A stretch of DNA of 64,000 nt, taken from positions 8,081 through 72,080 of the forward strand of contig JAISQF010000007.1 of the NCBI GenBank assembly GCA_031274365.1, read 5' to 3'. This stretch comes from Elusimicrobiota bacterium (lineage in GTDB: Bacteria; Elusimicrobiota; Endomicrobiia; Endomicrobiales; Endomicrobiaceae). Positions 45,593 through 55,181 of the stretch are shown here, piece after piece. The notes beneath the pieces are model-generated. The model did not search any database and was not told the DNA's origin. It saw only the letters and a program-made list of their open reading frames with translations. Positions within the stretch are counted from its first letter, which is position 1. Every line of letters begins with the position of its first letter. The position numbers and the translations under genes are program-made.

Positions 45593-46294
45593 TTAGTCCC
45601 GGCCTTCTGCAAATTTAACGGCGGCTCTTGCAAGAGCATAATTTGCATCTACCGCCGTTATTTTTGAAACTATAGAATTCATCAAAATTGGTATTTCCGT
45701 GCAAGCCTCTATAAAAGCGTCCGGTTTTAACGCGTCCGAAATTTCATTTATGATTTTTTGAAAGCTGTCTGCAAAATCGCACGCCTTACCCTTTTTTACG
45801 CCGTCATAAATCGCAGACATTATTTTTTTCTCTAAATCATTTGGAATATCTAAAACATTATATCCGTTTTCAATAAGAGCTTTGTCGTAAATCTTAGCGG
45901 CTTTTGTTCCCGTCGTCGATAAAACCGCAATATTTTTTGCGCAAGGATTTAACTCCTTTAATTCATTTATCGCCGCATCCACTATACTAATAAAAGGAAT
46001 TTTTATTTCATTCCTTAAATCCCGCTCAAAAAAATGAGCCGTATTACAAGCCATTATAAGAACGCCGGCGCCGGCATTTTCTAAAAGTTTAGCGCTGGAC
46101 AAAATATATTCTTTCGGATTTTTATCGCCAAATAAAATAAAATTCGTTCGGTCCGGGATCTGAGGATAATTATCAATAATAATATGAATATGATCTTGAT
46201 CTTTCTTTGCTGGCGTAAGTTTTATAATTTTAGCAAATAGATCTAATGTCGCCTCAGGTCCCATCCCGCCGATAATTCCAATCGTTTTAGGCAT
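45593..46294 (-). CDS. aspartate racemase family protein
   Basis: Trimmed to MPKTIGIIGGMGPEAT (ATG 46294); two catalytic-Cys regions (ACNTAH, ACTEIP); start uncertain (alternative ATG at 46315). Confidence 0.8.
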   Translation of the reverse strand: MPKTIGIIGGMGPEATLDLFAKIIKLTPAKKDQDHIHIIIDNYPQIPDRTNFILFGDKNPKEYILSSAKLLENAGAGVLIMACNTAHFFERDLRNEIKIPFISIVDAAINELKELNPCAKNIAVLSTTGTKAAKIYDKALIENGYNVLDIPNDLEKKIMSAIYDGVKKGKACDFADSFQKIINEISDALKPDAFIEACTEIPILMNSIVSKITAVDANYALARAAVKFAEGRD

Positions 46295-47612
46295 TCGCCC
46301 CGTCGAATTTTTCATATTTAGCTCTATCAAATTCTTTTTCAGAATTGCTGACCACAATAGTTCCCGCGACATCTCCCGTAACATTCATACAAGTTCTGCC
46401 CATATCTAAAAGAGCGTCAATTCCTAAAATCATCGCATAAGCCGCCGCCACAACCGAACCTGCCTCCACCTTTAGTCCGACCGATTCAAGAACAAGCAAA
46501 AGCATTATCGCTCCGGCTCCCGGCACTCCCGCGGTTCCTATTGCCGCTAAAACGGCGGTCAGCATTACCATAAGCATTTGGCCAAAATCAAGCGGCGAGC
46601 CGACGGCATTTGCAATAAACATCACGCATATCGCTTCATAAATAGTCGTGCCGTCCATATTTATTGTGGCGCCTAAAGGAAGAGAAAAAGAATAAACGCC
46701 TTTTGACACTCCCATATGTTCGGCCGTTCTAATTGAAATGGGCAATGTTCCTCCGCTTGAACGCGTGGCAAAAGCGGTAAGCATCGGAGCGCGCGCTTTT
46801 TTTATAAAACCAAAAACGTTTACTTTGTTTGCAAGCAGAAAACCGCCGTAGACAAAAATCAAATGAACCGCCAAAGCCGCATAAAGAATTACGGTTACTC
46901 CCACAAGCGGTCCCACAACTTTTGCGCCGTTTAATGAAAATACCGTGGTCAATAATGCAAAAACTCCGATAGGCGCATATTGCATAACCCATCCGACTAT
47001 TTTGAAAATAATCTCCACCATTCCTTCAAAGAAAGAAAAAACCGCTTCGGCATTTTTCTTTATTTTTTCATTTTTAGAATCTCTCAAAATAGCAAGAGCA
47101 AGCCCGATTAAAATTGCAAAGAAAATTATTTGAAGAACCGATCCTCTATTCATAGCGTCAAACATATTTGTGGGAATAATATTAAGAATAATAGACGACA
47201 CCGGAGTTTTTGCCGCTTCTTTTGCCACGGCGTCCGCAACGACTAAATTTATTCCGGTACCGGGTTTCAAAACAATTGCAAAAATCAAACCTATAATCAC
47301 GGCGCAAACGGAAGTTGCGGCATAATAAAGAATCGTTTTTATGCCGACTTTCCCAAGCCTTGAAGGTTCAATACTTGCCGTCCCGACTATCAAAGTAAAC
47401 AAAATCGTCGGCACAATAATCATCTGAAGTAATCGAACAAAAGCGTTACCAAAAGGGGCTATATAAGAATTAACTTTCATAACCGTTTCGGCAGGGGATG
47501 ACGACAGAATAATCCCGACTACAGCTCCTAAAACCAAACCCAAAAAAATACGAATTAGCAGATTGGTCTTAAAATACCAATCAAAAATACCTCTCTTACT
47601 TGACATAACCAA
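46287..47612 (-). CDS. dicarboxylate/amino acid:cation symporter (GltP/DAACS family)
   Basis: 441-aa polytopic ORF with DAACS signature regions (..SSGTLP.., ..NMDGT..). Confidence 0.88.
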   Translation of the reverse strand: MVMSSKRGIFDWYFKTNLLIRIFLGLVLGAVVGIILSSSPAETVMKVNSYIAPFGNAFVRLLQMIIVPTILFTLIVGTASIEPSRLGKVGIKTILYYAATSVCAVIIGLIFAIVLKPGTGINLVVADAVAKEAAKTPVSSIILNIIPTNMFDAMNRGSVLQIIFFAILIGLALAILRDSKNEKIKKNAEAVFSFFEGMVEIIFKIVGWVMQYAPIGVFALLTTVFSLNGAKVVGPLVGVTVILYAALAVHLIFVYGGFLLANKVNVFGFIKKARAPMLTAFATRSSGGTLPISIRTAEHMGVSKGVYSFSLPLGATINMDGTTIYEAICVMFIANAVGSPLDFGQMLMVMLTAVLAAIGTAGVPGAGAIMLLLVLESVGLKVEAGSVVAAAYAMILGIDALLDMGRTCMNVTGDVAGTIVVSNSEKEFDRAKYEKFDGANA

Positions 47613-47715
47613 ATACCTCCCTAATTATACTTTACCTCTTGTACTGCTATCTTACAATTTTTTCATCTTAAACTTTTTTGTCCCTTTCAGGCTAACGATA
47701 TAGCGCAAGTAACAT

Positions 47716-48183
47716 CTATGATCTTACAATTTTTTTTATTTTAAACCTTTTTGTTCCGGCCGGAAGCTCCACGTCGGAAATTTCTCCAACTTTATATTCA
47801 AGCAACCCTTGAGCAAGCGGAGATTGAACGGAAATTTTATTTGCCTGCGGATCGGACTCTTCGGAATCAACTAAAGTATAAGTCCATTCCTCTCCGTCCT
47901 CATCTTCAATCGTTACCGTAGCGCCGATTAAAACTTTGCTTGTGTCTATATTTTGCTCGTCAATAAGTTTTGCCATGGAAAGTTTCGTATTTATATCGGA
48001 AATTCTGCGCATAAGATTTGTTAATGTTTCTTTTGCGGCATGATATTCCGCATTTTCTTTGAAGTCCCCATGCTCTCTGGCTCTTGCAATTTCGTCTTGT
48101 ATTGCGGGTTTTCTTTTTTGAAGTTCTTCTAATTCTTTAATGAGATTTTCTCTTCCTTGTCTTGTTAAAAAAATATTTGCCAT
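47716..48183 (-). CDS. greA: transcription elongation factor GreA
   Basis: 155 aa; ..GDFKENAEYHAAKE.. motif. Confidence 0.93.
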   Translation of the reverse strand: MANIFLTRQGRENLIKELEELQKRKPAIQDEIARAREHGDFKENAEYHAAKETLTNLMRRISDINTKLSMAKLIDEQNIDTSKVLIGATVTIEDEDGEEWTYTLVDSEESDPQANKISVQSPLAQGLLEYKVGEISDVELPAGTKRFKIKKIVRS

Positions 48184-48193
48184 TTCATACTCC

Positions 48194-49282
48194 TTAACTG
48201 TTTTGATAACGACTAATCATTGAAAGAATAGTCTTTACCCAATTTTTCGGTTTTACTTTTCCAATTATTTCTCCATTCTCAAAAAGCAAACCTCCGTCTT
48301 TTGTTCCCGCTATCCCAAAATCAGCGTCTTTGGCTTCGCCCGGACCGTTTACCACACAGCCCATCATCGCAATTTTTATTGGTTTTGATAAATTTTTAAG
48401 TCTTTTCATTTTAGACAACGCTTCCTCAGTCTGACAAACCATATTTATTAAATCAACCTGACATCGCGAACAAGTCGGACAAGAAATTATTTCTATTCCC
48501 GAATTTCTAAGTCCGAGCGCTTGAAGCAAACAATAGCCGGCTTTTACTTCTTCGACGGGATTTGCCGTAAGCGAAACCCTTATAGTGTCGCCAAGCCCAT
48601 CATAAAGCATTATTCCAAGACCGGCGGCCGATTTAATATTCCCGCTAAAAAGCGAGCCTGATTCCGTAATGCCAAGGTGCAATGGATAATTTCTTTTTGA
48701 AGCAAAAATTTTATAAGCCTCCGCGGTAATTGAAATATTTGAAGATTTAAGCGATACGACAATATCATAAAATTTATGCCTTTCAAAAATCTTGACATTA
48801 TCCATAGCCGCTTTTACGAGTTCTTTTGCGCGTAAAAAATTATCGTTTATTTTTCGGATTGATTTTAATGAACCCGCATTCAATCCTATTCTTATAGGTA
48901 TATGAGCTTTCTTTGCTTCCTCTACAACGGCTGAAATATTTTCTTTTGCGCCGATATTTCCGGGATTAAGTCGCAATTTATCAATTCCTTGTTTTATAGC
49001 CTCTATAGCTATGCGGTAATCAAAATGAATGTCGGCAACTAAAGGAATTTTTATTCTTTTTTTTATTTTTGAAATATCTTGAGCCGTCTGAATATCCGGC
49101 AAAGAAATTCTGACAATTTCGCAGCCCGCATTTTCTAATTCTTTAATTTGCCGGACAGCCGCTTTCCAATCGCCTTTGTCAGTATTTACCATAGATTGAA
49201 CGGTAATAGGCGAACCGCCTCCTATAATAACTCCGCCGACATTGACTTTCCTCGTCTCATTTCTTTTATAATATTTCATCAC
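48194..49282 (-). CDS. ispG: 4-hydroxy-3-methylbut-2-enyl diphosphate synthase
   Basis: 362 aa; IspG/GcpE pattern and CPTCSRC / GCVVNGPGE cluster motifs. Confidence 0.93.
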   Translation of the reverse strand: MMKYYKRNETRKVNVGGVIIGGGSPITVQSMVNTDKGDWKAAVRQIKELENAGCEIVRISLPDIQTAQDISKIKKRIKIPLVADIHFDYRIAIEAIKQGIDKLRLNPGNIGAKENISAVVEEAKKAHIPIRIGLNAGSLKSIRKINDNFLRAKELVKAAMDNVKIFERHKFYDIVVSLKSSNISITAEAYKIFASKRNYPLHLGITESGSLFSGNIKSAAGLGIMLYDGLGDTIRVSLTANPVEEVKAGYCLLQALGLRNSGIEIISCPTCSRCQVDLINMVCQTEEALSKMKRLKNLSKPIKIAMMGCVVNGPGEAKDADFGIAGTKDGGLLFENGEIIGKVKPKNWVKTILSMISRYQNS

Positions 49283-49305
49283 AACTCCGCCAAAAAAATA
49301 TAAAT

Positions 49306-50358
49306 CTATCCAAAAAGTTTTCCCACGCCAAGTCTTATTAAATCACTATATGTTGCAAAAATAAAAATACCGCCGATAATAATTATTCCAATCGTATTAT
49401 ATACTTGGATAATTCTAAGTCCAAGACGTTTTTTTATTATCCCTTCGATTAAAAACAAAACAATCATCCCGCCGTCCACAAAAGGAATGGGAAATAAATT
49501 AAAAAGTCCGAGAGCAACGGAAATTATCGCCAACAATGTGAGATAATTTTCAACTCCGTCTTTGGTTGCTTTTGCCATCACTTGCATAATCCCCAAAGGT
49601 CCGGCAATATCGGGTTTTTCAAGATTCAAAATTTTGTCAGCCAAATAAGATATAGTCATTATCGTTTGACCTATGGCGCTTCTTGCGCCATATTCTATAG
49701 ATTTAAATATACCGACATTTTCTCTTATTATTTTTGGATAAATACCTATAATGCCAAGATCCGTAACAGGATTTGGAGCGACGGCGACATTGACATTAAA
49801 AGTATATGTCCCTCTTTGAATTGTAAAAAGTATCGTTTTATTTGCTTTATCTTTAAGATTTTCTGAAATGTCAACCCATGTGTTTACAGATTTCCCGTCT
49901 ATATTTTTAATTATATCGTCAGATTTTAGACCCGCCTTATCGGCCGGCTGAGCTTCAACAGTGTCGCCAATTTGCGCTAAAGGAGACGCTTGAGTAACTC
50001 CCCAGAAATTAAAAATAGCCGCAAAAAAAACAACAGCTAAAATATAATTTGACAAAGGTCCAGCAAAAGCGATAAATATTTTTTTATACCACGGGAGAGA
50101 TAAATATTCGCCGCTTGCTCCTGTGGCTTTATCGGGATCTTCTCCTGCCATCGCCACAAAACCGCCGAAAGGAATTAGTTTTATACAATACTTTGTTCCT
50201 TTATATATATACTTTACAAGATCGGGTCCAAAGCCGAAAGAAAACGTTAGAACTCTCACAGAGCATAGTCTTGCCGCCGTAAAATGTCCAAGTTCATGAA
50301 TAAAAATAAGAAAGCCAAGTCCTATTCCTATCCCCAAAATTTGCAAAATTATCGTCAT
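49306..50358 (-). CDS. rseP: RIP site-2 metalloprotease (M50, with PDZ)
   Basis: 350 aa; HELGH zinc motif, internal PDZ-like segment. Confidence 0.9.
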   Translation of the reverse strand: MTIILQILGIGIGLGFLIFIHELGHFTAARLCSVRVLTFSFGFGPDLVKYIYKGTKYCIKLIPFGGFVAMAGEDPDKATGASGEYLSLPWYKKIFIAFAGPLSNYILAVVFFAAIFNFWGVTQASPLAQIGDTVEAQPADKAGLKSDDIIKNIDGKSVNTWVDISENLKDKANKTILFTIQRGTYTFNVNVAVAPNPVTDLGIIGIYPKIIRENVGIFKSIEYGARSAIGQTIMTISYLADKILNLEKPDIAGPLGIMQVMAKATKDGVENYLTLLAIISVALGLFNLFPIPFVDGGMIVLFLIEGIIKKRLGLRIIQVYNTIGIIIIGGIFIFATYSDLIRLGVGKLFG

Positions 50359-51521
50359 TATTTTCTCCCGTTTTGAATTAAACTATCAGCATATCCTCTT
50401 GCCCAAACATCCGCTTCCAAAACATTTTCTATGCTTTCATTGTTTATAACTTTATGCGCCGACATAGTCTTTGAAATAATATCCGCAATAGAAGTAAATT
50501 TTATTTTCTTATTCAAAAAAGCCTCCACAGCTTTTTCATTTGCCGCGCTCATAACAGTTGGAAAAGTCCCGCCTTTTTTTGCCGCGCTTAAAGCAAGTTT
50601 TAAGCAGGGAAATTTGTCAAGCCGCGGTTTATAAAATTCAAATTTTGAAATTTTTGCTAAATCAATAGGCTTTATACTCGACACGCTTCTTTGCGGATAG
50701 GTCAAAGCAAATTGTATGGGAAGCCTCATATCTGGATTTGACATTTGAGCAATTACCGAACCGTCAACATATTCCACCAAAGAATGAATTACTGATTGGG
50801 GATGAATGACAATTTCAATTTTATTTATATCAATGTCAAAAAGAACAGCCGCTTCTATAACTTCAAGTCCTTTATTCATAAGAGTGGCGCTGTCTATCGT
50901 TATCTTTTTTCCCATTTTCCACGTCGGATGAGCCAAAGCCTGCTCGGGCGTAATTTTTGAAAGATCTTTTTTATATTTATAAAAAGGACCGCCGGAAGCC
51001 GTCAATAAAATTCTTTTTATATCCGATTTTTTTCCGCATAGACAACATTGAAAAATAGCGGAATGCTCGCTGTCCACCGGCAAAATATTCACGGCTTTTT
51101 TTTTGGCAAGAGACATTATTTGTTTTCCCGCCATAACCAAAGCTTCTTTATTTGCCAACGCTATATTTTTACCGGCCTCTATCGCTTTTATCACAGGTTT
51201 AAGTCCAGCCGCTCCGACGACGGCGGATACAATCATATCCGCTTCTTTCATTGAAACAAGTTTTTCCAAACCATCAATCCCCGTAAAAACTTGCGTTTTT
51301 AATTTATTTTCTTTAAGCCATTTTCTTAAATTTTTTTCATCCTCTAAAGCCGCCGCGCAAACGGCTTTAGGATTAAACTGTTTTATCTGGCGCTTTAATA
51401 AAGCGATATTTGAATTAACCGATAGACCAACCACAGTTATATCTTTCAACTTTGAAACTATATCCAAGGTCTGAATGCCTATTGAACCTGAAGAACCTAA
51501 AATAACAATTTTTTTCATCAA
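50358..51521 (-). CDS. dxr: 1-deoxy-D-xylulose 5-phosphate reductoisomerase
   Basis: 387 aa; GSSGSIG NADPH motif, ..LANKE.., ..DSEHSA.. Confidence 0.95.
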   Translation of the reverse strand: MMKKIVILGSSGSIGIQTLDIVSKLKDITVVGLSVNSNIALLKRQIKQFNPKAVCAAALEDEKNLRKWLKENKLKTQVFTGIDGLEKLVSMKEADMIVSAVVGAAGLKPVIKAIEAGKNIALANKEALVMAGKQIMSLAKKKAVNILPVDSEHSAIFQCCLCGKKSDIKRILLTASGGPFYKYKKDLSKITPEQALAHPTWKMGKKITIDSATLMNKGLEVIEAAVLFDIDINKIEIVIHPQSVIHSLVEYVDGSVIAQMSNPDMRLPIQFALTYPQRSVSSIKPIDLAKISKFEFYKPRLDKFPCLKLALSAAKKGGTFPTVMSAANEKAVEAFLNKKIKFTSIADIISKTMSAHKVINNESIENVLEADVWARGYADSLIQNGRK

Positions 51522-51540
51522 AAATTAACCTAATTTTTTA

Positions 51541-52347
51541 TCAATAATTTGAACCTTGTAAAAATACCAAAACAAAATAAACTATCGGCGCCGCAAAAAA
51601 ATAAGAATCAAATCTATCCAAAACGCCTCCATGCCCCGGCAAAATCTTTCCCGAATCTTTTATATCGGCGTCTCTTTTAATAAGCGATTCCGCTAAATCG
51701 GAAAACTGTCCGCATATGGCTATGATTAGACCCAAAAGAGCCGCTTGTTTAATAGTAAAAAGATCAAAAACAAAATTTCCTATAACTATAGAAGTTATAA
51801 TTCCAAAAATTAAACCCGCGGCGGCGCCCTCTACCGTTTTCTTAGGACTAATGCTTGGCGAGAGTTTATGCTTGCCAAATTTTTTTCCCGCCGCATAAGC
51901 CGCGGTGTCCAATACCCAAACTGTTATAAAAAATAAAAAGATGTATTCTCCTCCGGAATACAATTCTCTGATAAAAATCATAAAAGACAAAGTTGTTGGA
52001 AAGAAAAAAGTTCCAAAAAAAGAAACGCATATTCTCTCCGTGGCATTGTTCGGTTTTTGGCGGTATATTTCTAAAACAAAAAATACTAAAAATATAACAA
52101 CCGCCTCAAACATTAACATTTCAATCGATTGTTTTTGGTGAAAAGACAACGATATGAAATATAATGCGCCTAATATCAGAGAAATGAAAACGCTGGGATT
52201 ATATTTTTTGCAGATATTTAAGTATTCTTTAATACAAAAGAAATTTACTAAAAACATCAAAGAGAAAAAAAGCCAGCCGCCTAAATATATGCATATAAAA
52301 ATTATAGGAATACCGAGCAATGCCGTAAGAATTCTTGTTTTTAACAT
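51541..52347 (-). CDS. cdsA: phosphatidate cytidylyltransferase
   Basis: 268-aa membrane ORF; C-terminal ..PGHGGVLDRFDS.. signature. Confidence 0.92.
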   Translation of the reverse strand: MLKTRILTALLGIPIIFICIYLGGWLFFSLMFLVNFFCIKEYLNICKKYNPSVFISLILGALYFISLSFHQKQSIEMLMFEAVVIFLVFFVLEIYRQKPNNATERICVSFFGTFFFPTTLSFMIFIRELYSGGEYIFLFFITVWVLDTAAYAAGKKFGKHKLSPSISPKKTVEGAAAGLIFGIITSIVIGNFVFDLFTIKQAALLGLIIAICGQFSDLAESLIKRDADIKDSGKILPGHGGVLDRFDSYFFAAPIVYFVLVFLQGSNY

Positions 52348-52429
52348 TATATTTTATCCTTTTATTTGCAATGAATTATTAATCTAAAAAACTTCAAACA
52401 AACTCTTAACACTTTCTAAAAAATTTATT

Positions 52430-53131
52430 TTACAAACCGCCGAAACGTCTCTGTCTTTTTTGAAAATCAACAATCGCGGCTATTAAATCGTCTTTACGAA
52501 AATCAGGCCATAACTTATCGCTTATGTAAAACTCGGCATAGGCTATCTGCCATAATAAAAAATTGGATATTCTCATTTCGCCGGAAGTTCTAATAAGTAA
52601 ATCGGGGTCAGGTTGTCCGCAAGTATATAAAAAAGAGCCTACGTCTTTTTGCGTAGGATTTTTTATGCCGGCTTCCGTCATTTTATTGAAAGCATAAATC
52701 AATTCCTGCCTTGCTCCATAATTAAGCGCTATATTTAATTCTAAATCTTTATTGTCCTCGCTTTGCTTACATGCTTTGATTATTTCATCTTGAATATTTT
52801 GAGGAAATTTCGTTAAGTCGCCAAGCGTTCTTAACTTAACGCCCCCGTCTATCAATTCCTGAAGTTCAATTTTTATAAAAGTTAAAAGCAAGTTAAATAA
52901 ATATGAAATTTCACTTTCGGGTCTTTTCCAATTTTCAGTTGAAAAAGCATACAGGGTCAAGACTTTAATGTTAAGACTTTTTGCAGCCTTAACAATTTCT
53001 TTTACGCTCTGGACCCCTGCTTTATGTCCTAAACTTCTTGGCAACATTCTTTTCTTTGCCCATCGTCCATTCCCATCCATTATAATTGCAATGTGATTTG
53101 GTATGGGCAAAGACAAATCTATAACGTTCAC
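52430..53131 (-). CDS. uppS: undecaprenyl-diphosphate synthase (GTG start)
   Basis: 233 aa; HIAIIMDGNGRWA, ..FSTENW.., ..RTSGE.R.SNFLLWQ.. Confidence 0.95.
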   Translation of the reverse strand: MNVIDLSLPIPNHIAIIMDGNGRWAKKRMLPRSLGHKAGVQSVKEIVKAAKSLNIKVLTLYAFSTENWKRPESEISYLFNLLLTFIKIELQELIDGGVKLRTLGDLTKFPQNIQDEIIKACKQSEDNKDLELNIALNYGARQELIYAFNKMTEAGIKNPTQKDVGSFLYTCGQPDPDLLIRTSGEMRISNFLLWQIAYAEFYISDKLWPDFRKDDLIAAIVDFQKRQRRFGGL

Positions 53132-53136
53132 TTAAT

Positions 53137-53304
53137 TTACGATATAGCGCCGACGGGACATTGCCCTTCGCAAGCTCCGCAATCAACACATACCGCTTCG
53201 TCTATTACATATTTATCGCCTTGCTGCGAAATAGCTTCAACGGCGCAACTTCCCGCGCAACTCCCGCACCCTACGCATACCGCGGCATCAATTTTCTTTG
53301 CCAT
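53137..53304 (-). CDS. small 2x[4Fe-4S] ferredoxin (55 aa), not in ORF track
   Basis: Hand translation MAKKIDAAVCVGCGSCAGSCAVEAISQQGDKYVIDEAVCVDCGACEGQCPVGAIS; two CxxCxxCxxxC(P/A) motifs; AAAGGAGG SD 5 nt before the ATG. Confidence 0.85.
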   Translation of the reverse strand: MAKKIDAAVCVGCGSCAGSCAVEAISQQGDKYVIDEAVCVDCGACEGQCPVGAIS

Positions 53305-53320
53305 AAGCACCTCCTTTGAT

Positions 53321-53881
53321 TTATATTTGCATAACCTCTTTTTCTTTTAGAGCTATGCTTTCGTCTATTTTTTTTATGTAATTATCGGTAATTTTTTGAG
53401 CTTCTATATCGGCTTTTTTTCTATCGTCTTCCGTAATCGTTTTTTCTTTCTCCGCTTTTTTTATTCCCTCGATTAAACTTCTCCTCTCATTGCGAATAGC
53501 GACTCTAAATTCCTCGGCTAATTTTCCAATGGATTTTGCTATCTCTTTTCTTCTTTCCTCAGTCAAAGGCGGAATAGATATTCTTATAAGTTTTCCATCA
53601 TTGACGGGAGTCAATCCTAAATCCGCTTTTATTATCGCTTTTTCTATGGCTCCGAGCAATGACGGATCCCACGGTTTAATTTCAATTGTTTTTGCATCCG
53701 GAACATTTACTCCGGCAACCTGATTTATCGGCATAACGGAACCATAACTTTCAACCTTAACGTTTTCAACTACGGAACTATTGGCTCTGCCCGTCCTTAT
53801 CGAAGTCAATTCTAATTTTAATTTTTCTATTGTTTTTTTCATTCCTTCTTCAGCCGCTAAAAAGAAACTGTCAACACTCAT
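53321..53881 (-). CDS. frr: ribosome recycling factor
   Basis: 186 aa, Frr sequence pattern. Confidence 0.95.
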   Translation of the reverse strand: MSVDSFFLAAEEGMKKTIEKLKLELTSIRTGRANSSVVENVKVESYGSVMPINQVAGVNVPDAKTIEIKPWDPSLLGAIEKAIIKADLGLTPVNDGKLIRISIPPLTEERRKEIAKSIGKLAEEFRVAIRNERRSLIEGIKKAEKEKTITEDDRKKADIEAQKITDNYIKKIDESIALKEKEVMQI

Positions 53882-53889
53882 ATATCCTC

Positions 53890-54585
53890 CTATTTTACGA
53901 CAATCGTTCCTATTTTCTCGCCCGACAAAACTTTTTCCAAATTTCCTTTTTTATAAAAATCAAATACCAAAATATTGATGTTTGCGTCTAAACACAAAGC
54001 AAAAGCTGTTTCGTCCATTATGCGCAAATGTTTTTCGAGCGCTTCATTAAATGACAATTTGTCAAATTTTACGGCTTTCGGATTTTTTTTAGGATCATCG
54101 CTGTAAATTGCGTCCGTCTGCGTGGCTTTCATCACTATATCCGCTTTTATCTCGGCGGCCCTTAAAGCCGCTCCGCTGTCAGTCGTAAAAAAAGGATTTC
54201 CCGTCCCGCCCGCTAAAATAGTTATATATCCTTTTTTAAGATATTTAATGACTTTTTCATTGTCATACTCTTTAACAAGAGCGCTGACTTTTGACGGACA
54301 AAAAACCTCGGCTTTCAAATTATTTCTTATCAATTCGTCTTTTAGAGCTATAGAATTCATAACCGTGGCAAGCATTCCAATTTTGTCGGCGGCAACTCTA
54401 TCCATATCTTTTTGCGCACCGCGCCAAATATTTCCCGCTCCCAACACAATGGCAAGCTCGACGTGGTTTGTTTCTAAAGCTCTTTTTATTTCGTCTGAAA
54501 CAATTCTTAAAGCGTTTGGACTAATTGACGAATCTCCCGAGGATAAAGTTTCTCCCGAGAGTTTTAACAGCGCCCTTTTATACAT
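53890..54585 (-). CDS. pyrH: UMP kinase
   Basis: 231 aa; KLSGE.. and GGTGNPFFTTD motifs. Confidence 0.95.
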   Translation of the reverse strand: MYKRALLKLSGETLSSGDSSISPNALRIVSDEIKRALETNHVELAIVLGAGNIWRGAQKDMDRVAADKIGMLATVMNSIALKDELIRNNLKAEVFCPSKVSALVKEYDNEKVIKYLKKGYITILAGGTGNPFFTTDSGAALRAAEIKADIVMKATQTDAIYSDDPKKNPKAVKFDKLSFNEALEKHLRIMDETAFALCLDANINILVFDFYKKGNLEKVLSGEKIGTIVVK

Positions 54586-55181
54586 TACTCCTCTCCGAGT
54601 TTAAATCTTGCAAATCTTTTGACGACTATATTTTCTCCTATTTTTCCAATGGCTTCGTCAACCAAATTTTTAATCGTCTGTTTTCCCGTCGTATCTCTCA
54701 TATAAGGTTGATCATAAAGACATATCTGCCCGTAAAATTTCTCAATTTTACCCTCGATAATTTTATCCCAAACTTTTTCAGGCTTGCCTTCCTCTTTAAG
54801 CTGGGCTTTATAAATTTCTTTTTCAGTTTTTATAACGTCTTCGGTTACTTGCTCGCGCGTTACAAAAAGAGGAGAAGCCGCGGCAATTTGCATAGCTATT
54901 TCTTTTACAAGATTTTTGAAATCATCAGTTTTTGCGACAAAATCCGTCTCGCAATTTACCTCCACCAAAACTCCCAAAGTTCCATTTCCGTGAATATAAG
55001 AATGAACTAAACCTTGTTTTGCGCTTCTGCCCGCTCTTTTCACCGCGCTTGCCATACCCTTTTCCCTAAGCCATTGAACCGCTTTATCTATATCGTTTTT
55101 TGTCTCTTTAAGCGCATTTTTACAATCCATAATTCCCGCGCCCGTCATCTCTCTTAATTTTGTTATCAATTCTGTTGACAT
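54585..55181 (-). CDS. tsf: translation elongation factor Ts (short form)
   Basis: 198 aa; LRE.TGAG.MDCK.AL UBA-like N-terminus. Confidence 0.93.
   Translation of the reverse strand: MSTELITKLREMTGAGIMDCKNALKETKNDIDKAVQWLREKGMASAVKRAGRSAKQGLVHSYIHGNGTLGVLVEVNCETDFVAKTDDFKNLVKEIAMQIAAASPLFVTREQVTEDVIKTEKEIYKAQLKEEGKPEKVWDKIIEGKIEKFYGQICLYDQPYMRDTTGKQTIKNLVDEAIGKIGENIVVKRFARFKLGEE

Noticed and set aside
53093-53350. 85-aa plus-strand ORF between uppS and frr
   Set aside because: It is the antisense reading of the Cys-rich ferredoxin gene (53137-53304, minus), which has a strong SD and canonical cluster motifs. The plus-strand product is low-complexity with no SD.
54122-55010. 160-161-aa plus-strand ORFs (54122-54604, 54525-55010) and the many other 60-140-aa ORFs antisense to annotated genes
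   Set aside because: All lie entirely inside well-supported minus- or plus-strand genes (pyrH and tsf here). They have biased low-complexity composition typical of antisense frames in AT-rich genomes, and they lack SDs.
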